DNA of 64,000 bases from Tubulanus polymorphus (lineage: Eukaryota; Animalia; Nemertea), in assembly GCF_964204645.1 (NCBI RefSeq), contig NC_134025.1:8184001-8248000 (forward strand), given 5' to 3'. The notes under the pieces are model-generated. The model did not search any database. It had not been told where the DNA came from and saw nothing but the letters and a program-made list of their open reading frames with translations. Of this stretch, positions 1 to 12,131 are shown one piece after another. Positions within the stretch are counted from its first letter, which is position 1, and every line of letters begins with the position of its first letter. A program made the translations under genes and the position numbers.

Positions 1-2328
1 GCTGACCTTCCACAGCCGATTATCTTGAAATTTCGAAATTTGAATCGCCAAGATCCTACTAAGGTATATGCCTTATGAAACTCGTTACTGGTGTTGTACG
101 TGTCTCGAAAACTCTATATGCAGAGGAGATCGGCATCATAACGGTCATGATCTCTACTAGGGGAAATAACCTTCATTATGCGTTAAATGAATTTCGCAAT
201 CGTAGATAATGCATGAGAATAGCTGTTATTGAAGCAGTCAAATAGTCCCGTAGAGTTTTATCACACGTTTGAGTCTAGCCCACCTGTATATAACGCGAAA
301 ATTTGCACGTAAAGCGACTAATATTATAGGTTCGAACCCCTGATGATGTTCCTTCGTTCATTTGAACAAAGTTTATAAGGTCGCGTTATGAATTATTATA
401 CACAGCAAAGTGTGGTGCGGTGTGTATTCTGGGATTTTATGGCGAACGACGGGAAAGGAAACTGGTCGACAGAAGGATGTTTAACTACAGTTACTGTATC
501 TGGAATCACGTCCTGTGAATGTAACCATCTTACAAACTTCGCATTGTTAATGGTACATAAGCAGCTTCCGTCATTATATAGAATGCAGTTATGAAATGGC
601 AATTTTGATTGATATTTACTTTGTTACTTTATAGAATGTTTATGATGCGAGTAGCCGCCAAATTTCAACTCAGCAAAACAGATCACTTTCTATTCTGTCA
701 ATAGCTGGTTGTGTACTTTCACTGGTTGGGTTGTTTTTAACTCTGTTGACTTACATTATGTTCCGGTTTGTTGAAATTTAGATGAGTAAAAACTCACAAT
801 ATAACTCATTTTTAAACTTCCGTGCACTGGTAACATGACTCATGCACAATCGAACATCATGAATATTTTTTTCTAATTCAAGAGGATACCAATTCTGTTT
901 TTAGGAAACTACGGAAAAGTATCCCGTCCCAGTTACTGATTTGCCTCTGTGTTGCTCTATTCTGCGTCGATATTGTTTTCCTCTTCGAATCAAGCGTCAA
1001 AATCGATATGACCCTTTGCAAGGTTTGTTTGGCGATCATAGATTACTTGAAAATACCCGCTTAGTTTACATTCGGCATAAGATGTTAACGATACGATTAT
1101 AATTTTGATTTAGATCGCTGCGGTGTTGCTGCATTACTTTCTACTGAGCAGCTTCACTTGGATGTTAATAGAGGCGTTCTATATGTATTTGGCCCTCATT
1201 AAGGTTTTTCAACCATACTTCAATCGGATTCTTTTAAAATTCAGTTTAGTCGGCTGGGGTAAGTGAAACATGAATCTCTAGTCTCATTTGCATCATATTC
1301 TGTATATTTTGATAATTACCAAGATTTGTTCTTTTCTGAAAAAAAACTGACTGAAATGTTGTTCCCATCCCTAGGTCTTCCATTGATTATCGTAATCATT
1401 ACAATGGCGGTGTCTTTTCAAAGTTATGGCCTTCAAGGGGCATCTGGTCAAAATATGTAAGGATCACAATACGTTTCGTTTCAGAACTAATGAACATACA
1501 TTTCTTCTAAAGGTCTATTATATTCTCTCTTGAAGTTGCTGGTTGAAAGAGAAGGCATTTTACGGGGCTTTTCTGGCACCGGTTTGCCTGATTTTGCTAA
1601 TAAATTCAGCGACCTTCGTTATGGTTATCAAACAAATTCACCAAATGACTAAAAGGAGAGCAATGCATGTGACGAATCAAGAAAAAATGTCAATTTCCTC
1701 TCAAATAAAAGGAGCAATAGGAGTGTTGCTGTTGCTTGGACTCACTTGGATATTCGGACTACTGTCTATCAAAGAAACAGCGACATCGATATTCAGCTAT
1801 ATATTCGTACTGCTGAATGCTCTTCAGGGGCTGTTTATATTTGTATTCTACTGCGTTTTGAAGAAGGAAGTACGAGTGGCTTGGAAAAACGTACTTGACA
1901 AAAAGGACACCGTCTTCCTTTCAAATAACAAAGGCATGTTTTGTTTTCGATTTTTACGTTCTAACTGTCGGGGAAAATCATTTATACAAGTTAGTATTAA
2001 TTGTCTATTCTATAGGGACACACAGCACAACTCTTTCCGAAACAAAAACACGGAAACTGAGTCACGCAGAGTCTTTTCACAAAACCAGCAGTGAGTATGT
2101 AATAACTCGCATCAAACAACTTCCTGAATTATCATGCGTTTTTTAAAAAGAACATTAGATTAAATCATATCAAATAGTGCATCTATCTACAATATCACAT
2201 GTTTTTAACGTTATTCAATTTCTTTTATCGTAGTGGATAAAACAATGGAATCTCCGCGATGTAAGAATATTGAAATGGAGGAAAATGGACACAAACCGAG
2301 TACTAGTTCGCGTGAAACGGTGATCTAA
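1..2328 (+). CDS. Adhesion G protein-coupled receptor (ADGRG-like), 3' part: GAIN/GPS + 7TM, multi-exon, 5'-truncated by the window
   Basis: GPS exon [27 protein letters not shown] with HL|T site and Stachel-like TNFALLM; 7TM exons ([39 protein letters not shown]); stop at 2326-2328 after ETVI (PDZ-type end). Confidence 0.93.
335..387 (+). ncRNA. Degenerate type I hammerhead-like motif, possibly a Penelope-like element remnant, in a GPCR intron
   Basis: aaccc-CTGATGA-t-gttc..gaac-AAA..GTC-gcgtt; the GAAA core lacks its G. Confidence 0.3.
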
Positions 2329-2956
2329 ATTTTGAAAAAAAACTTCGTTGACTAGATAAAACGTGTGAATAAGTGTATAATCGAAAGTATTATTAGTATT
2401 TAGTTATTAGTTTGACTCTTGGTTTTGTTAAACAAGTTAATTTAATAATATCTTAAACAATGTTCATAGAAAGAAGATAAGATTAAAAAGACAAGAGAGA
2501 GGAAGTTTTTTCATGCAAATATTATTAATCAAGAAATCTATCATACGTCATTTCTATATTGATCCATAGTTTACAAGTGGAATAAAGTATGTAAATATTG
2601 TTTCATTACAATAATTATATTTTTTCGTATTCAATCTTTTCGTGCCATTTATTCTAATCCATTCTCTCCCAACACATTTATCTAATTTAAATGTGACGCT
2701 TAGCAGTAAAATCACGCGCCTATATCTATCGTGAACGGTTGTCGACAGAATCCATTAAAACTGGAAAAAAAATCAATCAGGTGTAGAAACACTTGCAATT
2801 CGTAATAGTGAGTTAAGCATTTTCAAAATGACATCATATTGATATTTTTGTTTCATTCATTTAACGAATCAAAGTGGTGGTTAGTCCAGATACATGCATG
2901 TGACTAATCATAATTTTGCAAAGTCTTCATTTACATAATTTCTATCCATCTTGGAT

Positions 2957-5089
2957 CTACCAGCCTCTCATCGGGGTCCACGTCTCTATAACCTTCTCGT
3001 CTCGATGTATGTAATAATATGGGAACATCGCTCTTCATAAAAAAAGAAATAATTGCTTTTCATGAAAAATGATCGTAATAATCTATGAATGGGTGATCTC
3101 TTCATATGCATACACTGGATTATTCGAACTATACTTACATGATACGGATAGAAAAATAACATCGTCCCCAGAGGGAATTGGCTATAGTCAATTTTTCCAC
3201 TGACTGGCTCCAAAGTACCCACTTCTTGGCTAATTTCGGTAAGCCTAAATTGAAAAATTAAACTTAGTTACGTAGAAAACTGAAAGAAATGATGGTTAAT
3301 TGTGTTGCGTGTCATCTATGAAAGTTGTATCATGACAATTCATTATTCACTATTGAAAGAGATTTTAGGTGTAAAGGGGCAGTTCACCGACTTACATGAG
3401 TTCAAGGTGTCCTTCTACGAGACAAGTGCTACCGGGTGGTACAAGCCCTTTTCCATCGTGGCTCAAAGCCATGAAACCGCAGTCAACAAGCATCGTATTC
3501 TTTTCCGGGTAATGTCCAGTAACTCGTGTCGCTACTTTACAAGCAACGCGGTCCAGACTAACGCTTCCGATTAATGTCTGTTCCACATCTATGATTTCCA
3601 AAGCAAAACACATGTTGAAAATGAAATGTATGCAAATACTGAGAGACTACGGCTAAATCTTAATTCTGAGGAATGCTTTGTTTTGGGTTGAACAAACGTG
3701 TTGTTTTTCTGGAAAAAGTGGTTCCTGGAATAATTTCGTACGAATTTTTCGAAATGAATTGATATTGTTAATAGGTTTTATAAAACCCTGATACTAACGG
3801 GCGAAGTTAAATTGGCCAAGGCTTTATAACATGTGGCTATCAGAAATGAATTGAAAGCAATGTGGACAAGACACACCATAGAAAATGTAACTTCCTGGAT
3901 TCAGTTGGTTGGTTAGTTCAGTTGGTTGGTTCATCTTGTCTCCCAGATAACTGGCAGTTGGGGTAGAGCCGATCCCACAAGTTTCGAATGTCAAGTCAAG
4001 ACCATTTAGTCTGAAAATTTTAAAAAAATTATTTGAATAAGCATTACTGGTTTTCACAATTTTTGTTCCAGCGTGTATTTTCCTTCCTTTGATATATATG
4101 ACTAATATTTGCCAGTAAAAGAGCTCGTAAGCCGTACGCTTACCTTTTTTGCATTCTAAAAGTCGTGTCACTGCTAAATCAGATGTTGACTTCAACTCAT
4201 CAGTGGAATGGCACTCGTACGTGAGACCGCCAAAATACCCGTACAAGCCGTAAAATATCATAGTCCCTGATGTTGCTATGGTTTTCGCGAGATCTACTGC
4301 CTGGTCCGAGTTCCACAACACACATGCTGGGGAATAATAGCTAATAGGTGACAACAAATTCTGTTTCCAGGATTTGTTGGTTATAAGTAAAAATATATAA
4401 TTTCCTCGCTTCGAGCCAACATATATTTTCAGCAAGACTGACCATTTTCGCCCGTCTTTCAAAGGGTTTTCAGCAAGGGCTTATCTATGCCATGTAGGCT
4501 ATCAACCATCACGTGAAAAGCCTCTAATTTTTCCGCTAAAACTTTACACCTACGAGTACGGAATATTTCTATTGCGGTATTCAGGATTTTTACCGCGGAA
4601 CTTTCGCAGCAATAAGTGGAGCAGCAAAGACCATGTCATCAAATCCACCATCTGCGAAGAATTCTGCTTCTTTCAGTGTTGAGACGCAGACACATGCTTT
4701 AGTGCCCCGGTCATTAGAATAGCGGCTTCTCTACGTGTAGAATGTCATTTTCATCATGATTATTTCTGATGAGAACAGTGTTCACACAAGAATTACATTA
4801 TACAGAATTTACATCATCTTGATTATTGATCAAAAATAGAATGGATATACTAAAAGATAAGATTCATTAAAACATCTAACACTGAAGACACTTAACAAAT
4901 CGATGATTTAGAAATCCGTTTTGACAAAACTTACAACGTTTTATGCGTTTTCAAATGTGCCCGTAGCTTTACTCCCAACGTCTCACATCGATGTCGCATT
5001 ATATCACAATTTGATTTTACTTTATCCAAATCAACAAGATATGCCGGAGTTTCTAATTCAGATATGGTTGCGGGACAGGGAATATCCAT
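2957..5089 (-). pseudogene. DSD1: D-serine dehydratase/D-threonine aldolase family (fold-type III PLP) gene, disabled copy A
   Basis: LRAHLKTHKT PLP-lysine motif, VSTLKEAEFF, LVDCGFMALSHDG, C-terminal WTPMRGW*. Versus copy B: +2 nt insertion near 4480-4488, donor GT changed to GA near 4405, 14-nt deletion at the start of the last exon. Confidence 0.85.
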
Positions 5090-5578
5090 CGTTTCACTGG
5101 AGGAGTTCAACTATACCATAGTTCAATAGTATACTCGATGCATTCCCACATCGAAAATACACTATTATTCAATTAGGATTTGGATCCAATTGGGATAATT
5201 TTTCACCATTCTCATGGAAACCCATGCGATTAATCAAATTATTTCTAACCAGATCGTATCAACGTATTCGACAACGTATAGGCCTACTTTTCTCCGTATT
5301 ACCGGTAACTTAAACGGTGGTTGAAATACCATTGCTGGGTCATAATAATTTTTAGCATTGTCTCTAGATTGATGAAACGATAGATAAACACAATAAATTC
5401 GAGATCATGTTTGTGGAATATGTAAGTCTATTACTATTTCAATACATAATATCATCGGAAAATGTCCATGAATTAAAATCTATATATACTGCTAAATGAA
5501 GTGAAGTGTAAGATGACTAATTCTCAATTCATCGCATTAATCAAGAATCAGTTTTACATAATTTCTCTTTTGCACAAT

Positions 5579-8063
5579 CTAAAACAACGGTTTTTGTAAC
5601 TTGCATTGGTGATCCATTTGTTGGTGCAGTATAACGGCCTGAAATGAGGAGCATGTTTCATCAAGTCAAGTAAATGATGCTAACAACGTAATGAATCATA
5701 GCATTACTAAACATGTATTGCTGTAACTTTTCAATATATAAACAGAAAACTATTTTTCGTAGGCCTTTATCCAATTGATAGATTACCATGACTGTCCATA
5801 ATCGATTTTCTGCTTCCTGGAAGACCAAACTCTTTTTGCTGTAAAATATATCGTCTGTAACTTCCAGTGACTTTCTCGGTAAACAGTGCATAAATACGGC
5901 ATCCGGCAACGCGATTTTCATCAACTTTATAGAGAAAAACAACTGTTAATCAATTACTTATTTACAAATTATTTACGAATAATGTTCTGCTAATCTTTTG
6001 AATGATAGTTTACGCCATATAAATGAGTCCGAAGAACAATTACGTAGTACAATGAGTTCGACGTTGTAAAAAGATTGTTCACATAATCATCAAAATGACG
6101 TTTGATGCATTTACTTACGTATGTATGTAAGCGCTAATGATAAATCATACATACATGTTCATTAACTTGATATCCGTGGAACGCTATGAGTCGTTTTTTC
6201 GTTTCGCTTTCTTGTCCCATGCTCACCCACGAATCTGTGATGACAACATTAGCCCCATACACCGCTTCACGTGGATCGCTCGTAAAATATACACCCGTAT
6301 TGTGCTGAAATTTACCAACAACTATTGTGAGCACGTAAAGACTAAATAACGGTATATGTTGTTACGCTCGCGTAAGTTTTTTTACCCGTTCGCCTGACAA
6401 TTTGGCTTCGGCGACAATAGCAGATTCGGCGTTATACCCCTAGAACGAAAATCGAATGTTTCAATCTTAACTCTATATCATCGTATATAACACTTTTGAT
6501 AATGATAATGATAAAATTTATATAGCGCAATAAATCCATGCTAAAAAGCGCTCAAATGCGCTCTTCCAGGGTAACATCAAGGTATGTATGAAATAGTTGA
6601 GTTTTGATCATGGATTTAAATTCATTCAGCGTCAAATTGAGTACAGTGGGTGTAGAGATCATGGAATTCCAGGTTCGCGGTGCTTGTCTTGAAAAAGCTA
6701 TACTACCAAAATTTGCGAGAGTAAAGGAGGCTTCAACCAGTGTGAATTTTTAAGAGGATCGAAGAGAACGTGTTGGTTTGTAAATGCTCGCTAATATACA
6801 TTGGTGCACGATCTGTAAGGGCCTTAAAAGTTTTATCAATTCAAAGGGAACTGACCTTTGGAGTAGCAACACTTATGTCCATGCCAAGTTTTGGACAGCC
6901 CATAAGCAGTGAATGTAAAATGTTGTTACCATCACCAACCCAAGCGACTCGAAGACCTTTTAATCCTCCGAAGTGTTCCTGAAGCCAAAACAGTTAAATT
7001 CTAGCATTTAGACAATCCTATGTTTCGGTTAAACATTTCTTTTCAAACGATTTAACGATCCGTTGAACCTGTAATGTTTGGAAATCAGCTAAAATCTGAA
7101 GTGGGTGATAGCGGTCGGACAGTCCGCTGATGATTGGCACAGATCCTTCGCTAGCGAGTTCATCAAGGTCTGCCTGACCAAAAACACGAGCAAGAATACA
7201 ATCAACGAAACCCGACAAAACCCTGAAACAGACGAAAACATTTTTATAGATAAACATATACAGTAGGCCTAATTGTCATCAACTAATTTTCGTGAATTTC
7301 ATCGGCTTCCTACTTAGCCGTATCTTTTACAGATTCACTTGTTCCTAGATGACAGTCACTGGGACTCAGAATTATGCTGTAACCACCCAAAAGGGACATT
7401 CCTGAAATACTCAAAAAATATCATTCTATAAAACCAGCAGTAAAAGCTCGGTAAGACCAGTTATTTCATGAGCGATATTTTAAAGTGAATCATCCTCCGA
7501 ATTAAATGCGTCAGATATGATTTTGCTGTGCCACTATATCAGACCTATTTCAGTAGAAGTTCTCGTTCTTGTGCTTCTCTTTTGGAACAAGGCGGCAATG
7601 GATTTACCAGTAAGTGGTCGATATGCCTAGAAACGACAAGATGACAAGAACTGATACTTTAATTCGTTAACGTGATTGGTAAGGATAATAAAATCATGAT
7701 CAATCGACCTACTTCTTTATCTTCTTTGATTCGCTCTTTCAAATCCATAGCGGTCCATAGTAGTTGTTTTATTTCATCGGCTTGGAAATCTTTGAGCGTC
7801 AGAAAATGGCGTCCAATTAGTGAATTGGACCTAAAATCGAATATTTTGCAAATACATTGAAGATTGCAGGAATCGAGGAGATCAGTGTTGACATTGCCTG
7901 TTGGTGCTCTTCGTTGCATAAATCATACGCACCCAATTCATACTTACTTTTCCTCGTCAGAATAGTTTCTTGTTGAAACAATTTTCGCTGATGGTGGCAA
8001 CGCTTGACATCGTATGCGTTTACCAATTGATGAAATCAAGAACCTAGACTTAAGAGCAGACAT
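5579..8063 (-). CDS. OTC: Ornithine carbamoyltransferase, mitochondrial, about 10 exons
   Basis: Arg-rich N-terminal transit peptide; [57 protein letters not shown] motifs; stop 5579-5581. Confidence 0.97.
6498..6845 (-). mobile_element. 3' end of an L2/CR1-group LINE in an OTC intron
   Basis: Degenerate ORF2 C-terminus on the minus strand ([48 protein letters not shown]), then GCGCTATATAAA and a (CATTAT)n tail. Confidence 0.8.
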
Positions 8064-8350
8064 TTCTATTCGTATTTTGTATACGCTAGTTATGTTATAT
8101 GGTAGACGTCGCAGCTGGCGACAAGATAATGATAGCACCAGATGGATAGCCAGTAAAAAGTCCTGTATGGTATTTAACGTCTTATGCGCCAGGCAGCAGC
8201 TTAATTGGAGAATATCTCTATAATGAAAGTAAATTCGGCACAAAAAAGACATACGCTGTGTTATTTCAAACACTTACATATTTATTTCATACATAAAACA
8301 TTTTAGCCGTAATAGCCACATCAAAAATAGTTGAAAAAATGAAAAACCCG

Positions 8351-10758
8351 TTAATCTTCACGGTTTTCGATATCGTCCACGGTTTCCGGTAATGGCTGTT
8401 CGATTGTTTCCGGTAAAGTTATCGCAAGAATTCCAGCCACCAGTGATAACAGTCCGAAGAGTAAATAAGGAAATGCCTTCATCGACATTCCATCAATCTG
8501 TGAGAAAATCACAATTTTTAACAATATTATACGATTCAGAAAATTATCCAAAGTATGTTATTAATTGCCAACAACTTGGATTACTTACTCCATATTTAAG
8601 GACAGGCGCTAAGATTGCACCACATTTTCCGGATATTGAACAGATAGCTAATCCTAAGTGCCGTACAACAGTAGGGTAAAGTTCGGCAGAATGTACCAAC
8701 AATATTCCAAAACAAATAGTGATGGTGAGCTTTCCGATCATTATGCAAACGATCATTACCCAATAGTATTCTGAATAGAAAAGAAAGATGAAGAAACTAG
8801 ATTTGGATCAGTTTACTTACGAACATTCCCATCGCGGAAATAAACTTACCAATGAAATATAATTCCACGAAAACAGTTGCTAATAGAACTAATGCAGAAA
8901 GGATCATCGCTGTGACATGAGGTACCTTCCTGCCCAGTTTTTCCAAACTAATCAAACTAATCGTATAAGCTGGGAATTCGACGAGTCCAGAAAGAAATGA
9001 ATTCAGATAGATATTACCTCCGATTCGCCCGGGCCCGTGGGATATCCCGTAGAAAACCATATATGCAGCTACCCTAAAATATCGATATACATGTATTCAG
9101 ATGTGTATACTTTCATTCTCACTCCAGTAAGCGTAAGCCTACATGCAAGTCATTTTAGAAAGAGATTATTTTTAAAATGATGATTACCAATTTGCCGACA
9201 ATATAAGTGTTCTTATCACCAACAATTTAGACTTGAAAAAGTATGTTGCAGCATTCGACTGTACATTCTCTTTGAAATCTTCGTTTTTGAACAAATGCTC
9301 AGGTATCGAAACGTGGTTCACTTCAGCAATTTTTCTGATGACAGTTTCAGCTTCTTTAATCCTATCTTTACTCAATAACCACCGAGGCGATTCCGCTACA
9401 AGCCTGAAATTGCCAAGCGATTTAAAAATCATCGCAAACGAAAACAGTTGAATGAAGGCAAGAGGGCGCGAATGGACCTACCAACAACATGGCATGACTA
9501 ATATGCATGTAAGACTAGATAATACTGTCTGTAAGTAGCGCCATTTACGAACGAGATAAGCAATTCCCGGCAAAATAACAGATCCGAGGGAATAGAAATA
9601 TTGAATGCATATCACTGCTAATACGCGTTTCGATGGTCCGACCAACTCAATGGCTGAAAAGAATGAAAATAGTAAATCCACCATTTTCCCCATAGAGATT
9701 CCTTTCGTTCAAGATAATCCGTTTCGTATTCCTTACCGAGAACTAAACAGGAAACATACATGCCAGTACTGGCTACGGAGCAGACAAACTGAAGAAACAC
9801 GAAACTGTAGTATTCTTGAGCCCAGGCAGTTCCAAAGCCGCCTATAATCACCAGAATAAATGCAACCAGTTGCATTGTTTTTCGGCCATACCTATCAATA
9901 AGTCAAATCGTTAGAGTAGATTTCGTGGTTATTAGAGATTGTTTCTTGGTTGTGCGTCATGTTAATTTTCTGTAAAATCTTACGTATCAGCTGCCAATCC
10001 AAATATCAGGCTTCCCACCAGCAATCCTGACATCACTAATGTTTTGAATGACGTATACTTTTTACTCTTGACAAACACTCCAAACTGCATAATTCATGTG
10101 AGCAGAACGATGACAATAAATATTCATACTCATATTCAAATTCAAATCACATATTCAAGCGGAGCCGACAGTTGAAAACACATTTTTTTCGAGATTGAAA
10201 GAATTCGTTATCGAAAATGTTTCGAATATGACCCCTATCTTTATCTCGTCTTGATGACGTAAGTTTTAAACGACATTTAGTTTGTGTTACAAACTGATGA
10301 TAACATTATTCATTCTATAAAAATCCTACCTCTGTTAGTGATGTAACATATAGGGGACCAATATCATGAATGAGGTACACACATGAGTCGGATACCAATG
10401 TTGAATGATTATCCAATCCATTGCCTTTTCGCGACAAAAGCAATTCGTGCCACGATTCTAGATTCTTCGCGTCAGAATCATTTGAAATCTTGGAACTTTC
10501 GTTTCCAAAGTCATTCATCGAACAACTGTCACACAAAAAAACGTGTCATTGTGACTGAGATTTTGTCAAGTACGGTATATTCAAATATTTTGAATCGGGA
10601 AAGTAGACCTACCTGCTATTGTATGATATGTTACTTGTAAAAACTCCTGCTAATATGTGAAACGCATATGAAATTGATGGTAAACACAGTACAAAGTATC
10701 TAGATTTCTGGTATTTTCCAAATCCTCCCAAAATCGCATTTATTTCATTCAGTTTCAT
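8351..10758 (-). CDS. SLC22 / organic cation transporter-like MFS protein, copy 1 (divergent)
   Basis: LGGFGKYQ start, ELVGPSKR, AESPRWLL, NSFLSGLVEFPAY, SAELYPTVVR, LPET motifs over about 10 exons. Confidence 0.92.
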
Positions 10759-12131
10759 TGTTGTCGTCTAAATTGCTTCATGTAGGCTGAATGAATAATC
10801 ATTGCTCGTGGACACCAGATTGCACCGGTGTTTCAGCAATGTGGTAATTAATGCGCGTTGAATTCCGCAAACATTGCAACACTCGTAAATTTGCAAATTA
10901 CAGATATTCAGACAACTTCAAAACTTCACTGCGAATGTAGCAACTAAAATGTGAGGTATGACGTGCGCGTTTAAAGCGTTAGCTGGCAAACGCTGGTAAA
11001 CGCGGTCAATGCGCTTTGTACCAAGAGTTATTTTTCAAGTAAGGGTACTGAAATTAAATTTGGATAAAATCAAAAGCCAGAAGTTAGTAACCACGGAAAA
11101 GAAACATGGTTGAATTTCCTTTGTGTGTTAAAAATAAGTACTCGACCGCGAGGTTTGTACGTAAACGTTGATAAACAACTCTAAATTTTCTTTTTACCAA
11201 TGACATGATATCTGACATTAAAACGATAAAGGTAAATACACAGTTACAATTTTATCTAACTAATCTTATTTATTTATTCATAGTGATAGTTTACAAGTAT
11301 GATTGTTTGTACATTTGGTGGTTTTTAAGTACACCATTAGAATAGTATATATAATCATTTCCTTATTCTTGGATAGATGTGCTTGGCTCGCTTGATCGTA
11401 CCTGCCAGAAAAGAAACGATTGAATTCGAGTTAAAGCTGATGAACGCTGATTAAATAAAATACTCACATTTAAAATTTCTATTTACTCTTCACAATTTTT
11501 ATTGCAGTTCATGGAATTTAAATAACATACGGGAAAATATGAATTAATGCTAAAAATAAAGCGAAGGAAAATCTGTATAAAACTATGATAATATCATCTA
11601 CAATAGAACTGACACACATACTTACAATCTGAAGAAATTGCACCTTAATCAGTTGCATTCATTTTTACTGAGAAAAGTATATATGATAATAAAATGCAGA
11701 GAGGACGAGAATCGAAAAAAGTATGTATGTATTTTATTTTATCAATGTATCTAAAATATAATATAACAAAACATGTATGCACGAAGAGAAATGGAGGAGG
11801 GAAAAGGAGGAAAAAAACAAATATATAAGAATAGATCAGATCGTATTTCCCTTCAAAATAACAATCATTTGATATTCACAATGGTTAGCTCATCACAAAA
11901 TGTATGTATACATATAAAGAAACGTTTATTTTTTTCAGAAGTCCACGCATAAGCTAAATATTGTTCATATCGATATACATACGCATGTGCAACCACATAC
12001 TGATTCGGTAATAAGATCAAATTCGAAGGCGATGTGCAAGACATAATTGATAATCAGAAAACCATATTTTTCAGATTAGGACTAGATTGGAGAAATTAGA
12101 TAAAGAGGCAGAATAGGCGTTACGTAGTTCA

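Noticed and set aside
3824-4462. 212-aa ORF as a single coding exon
   Set aside because: It is read-through of DSD copy A exons and introns; copy B shows the true exon structure
4760-4800. CTGATGA-GAAC..GTTC as a hammerhead core
   Set aside because: No GAAA or stem III follows and the motif is not kept in the copy B intron
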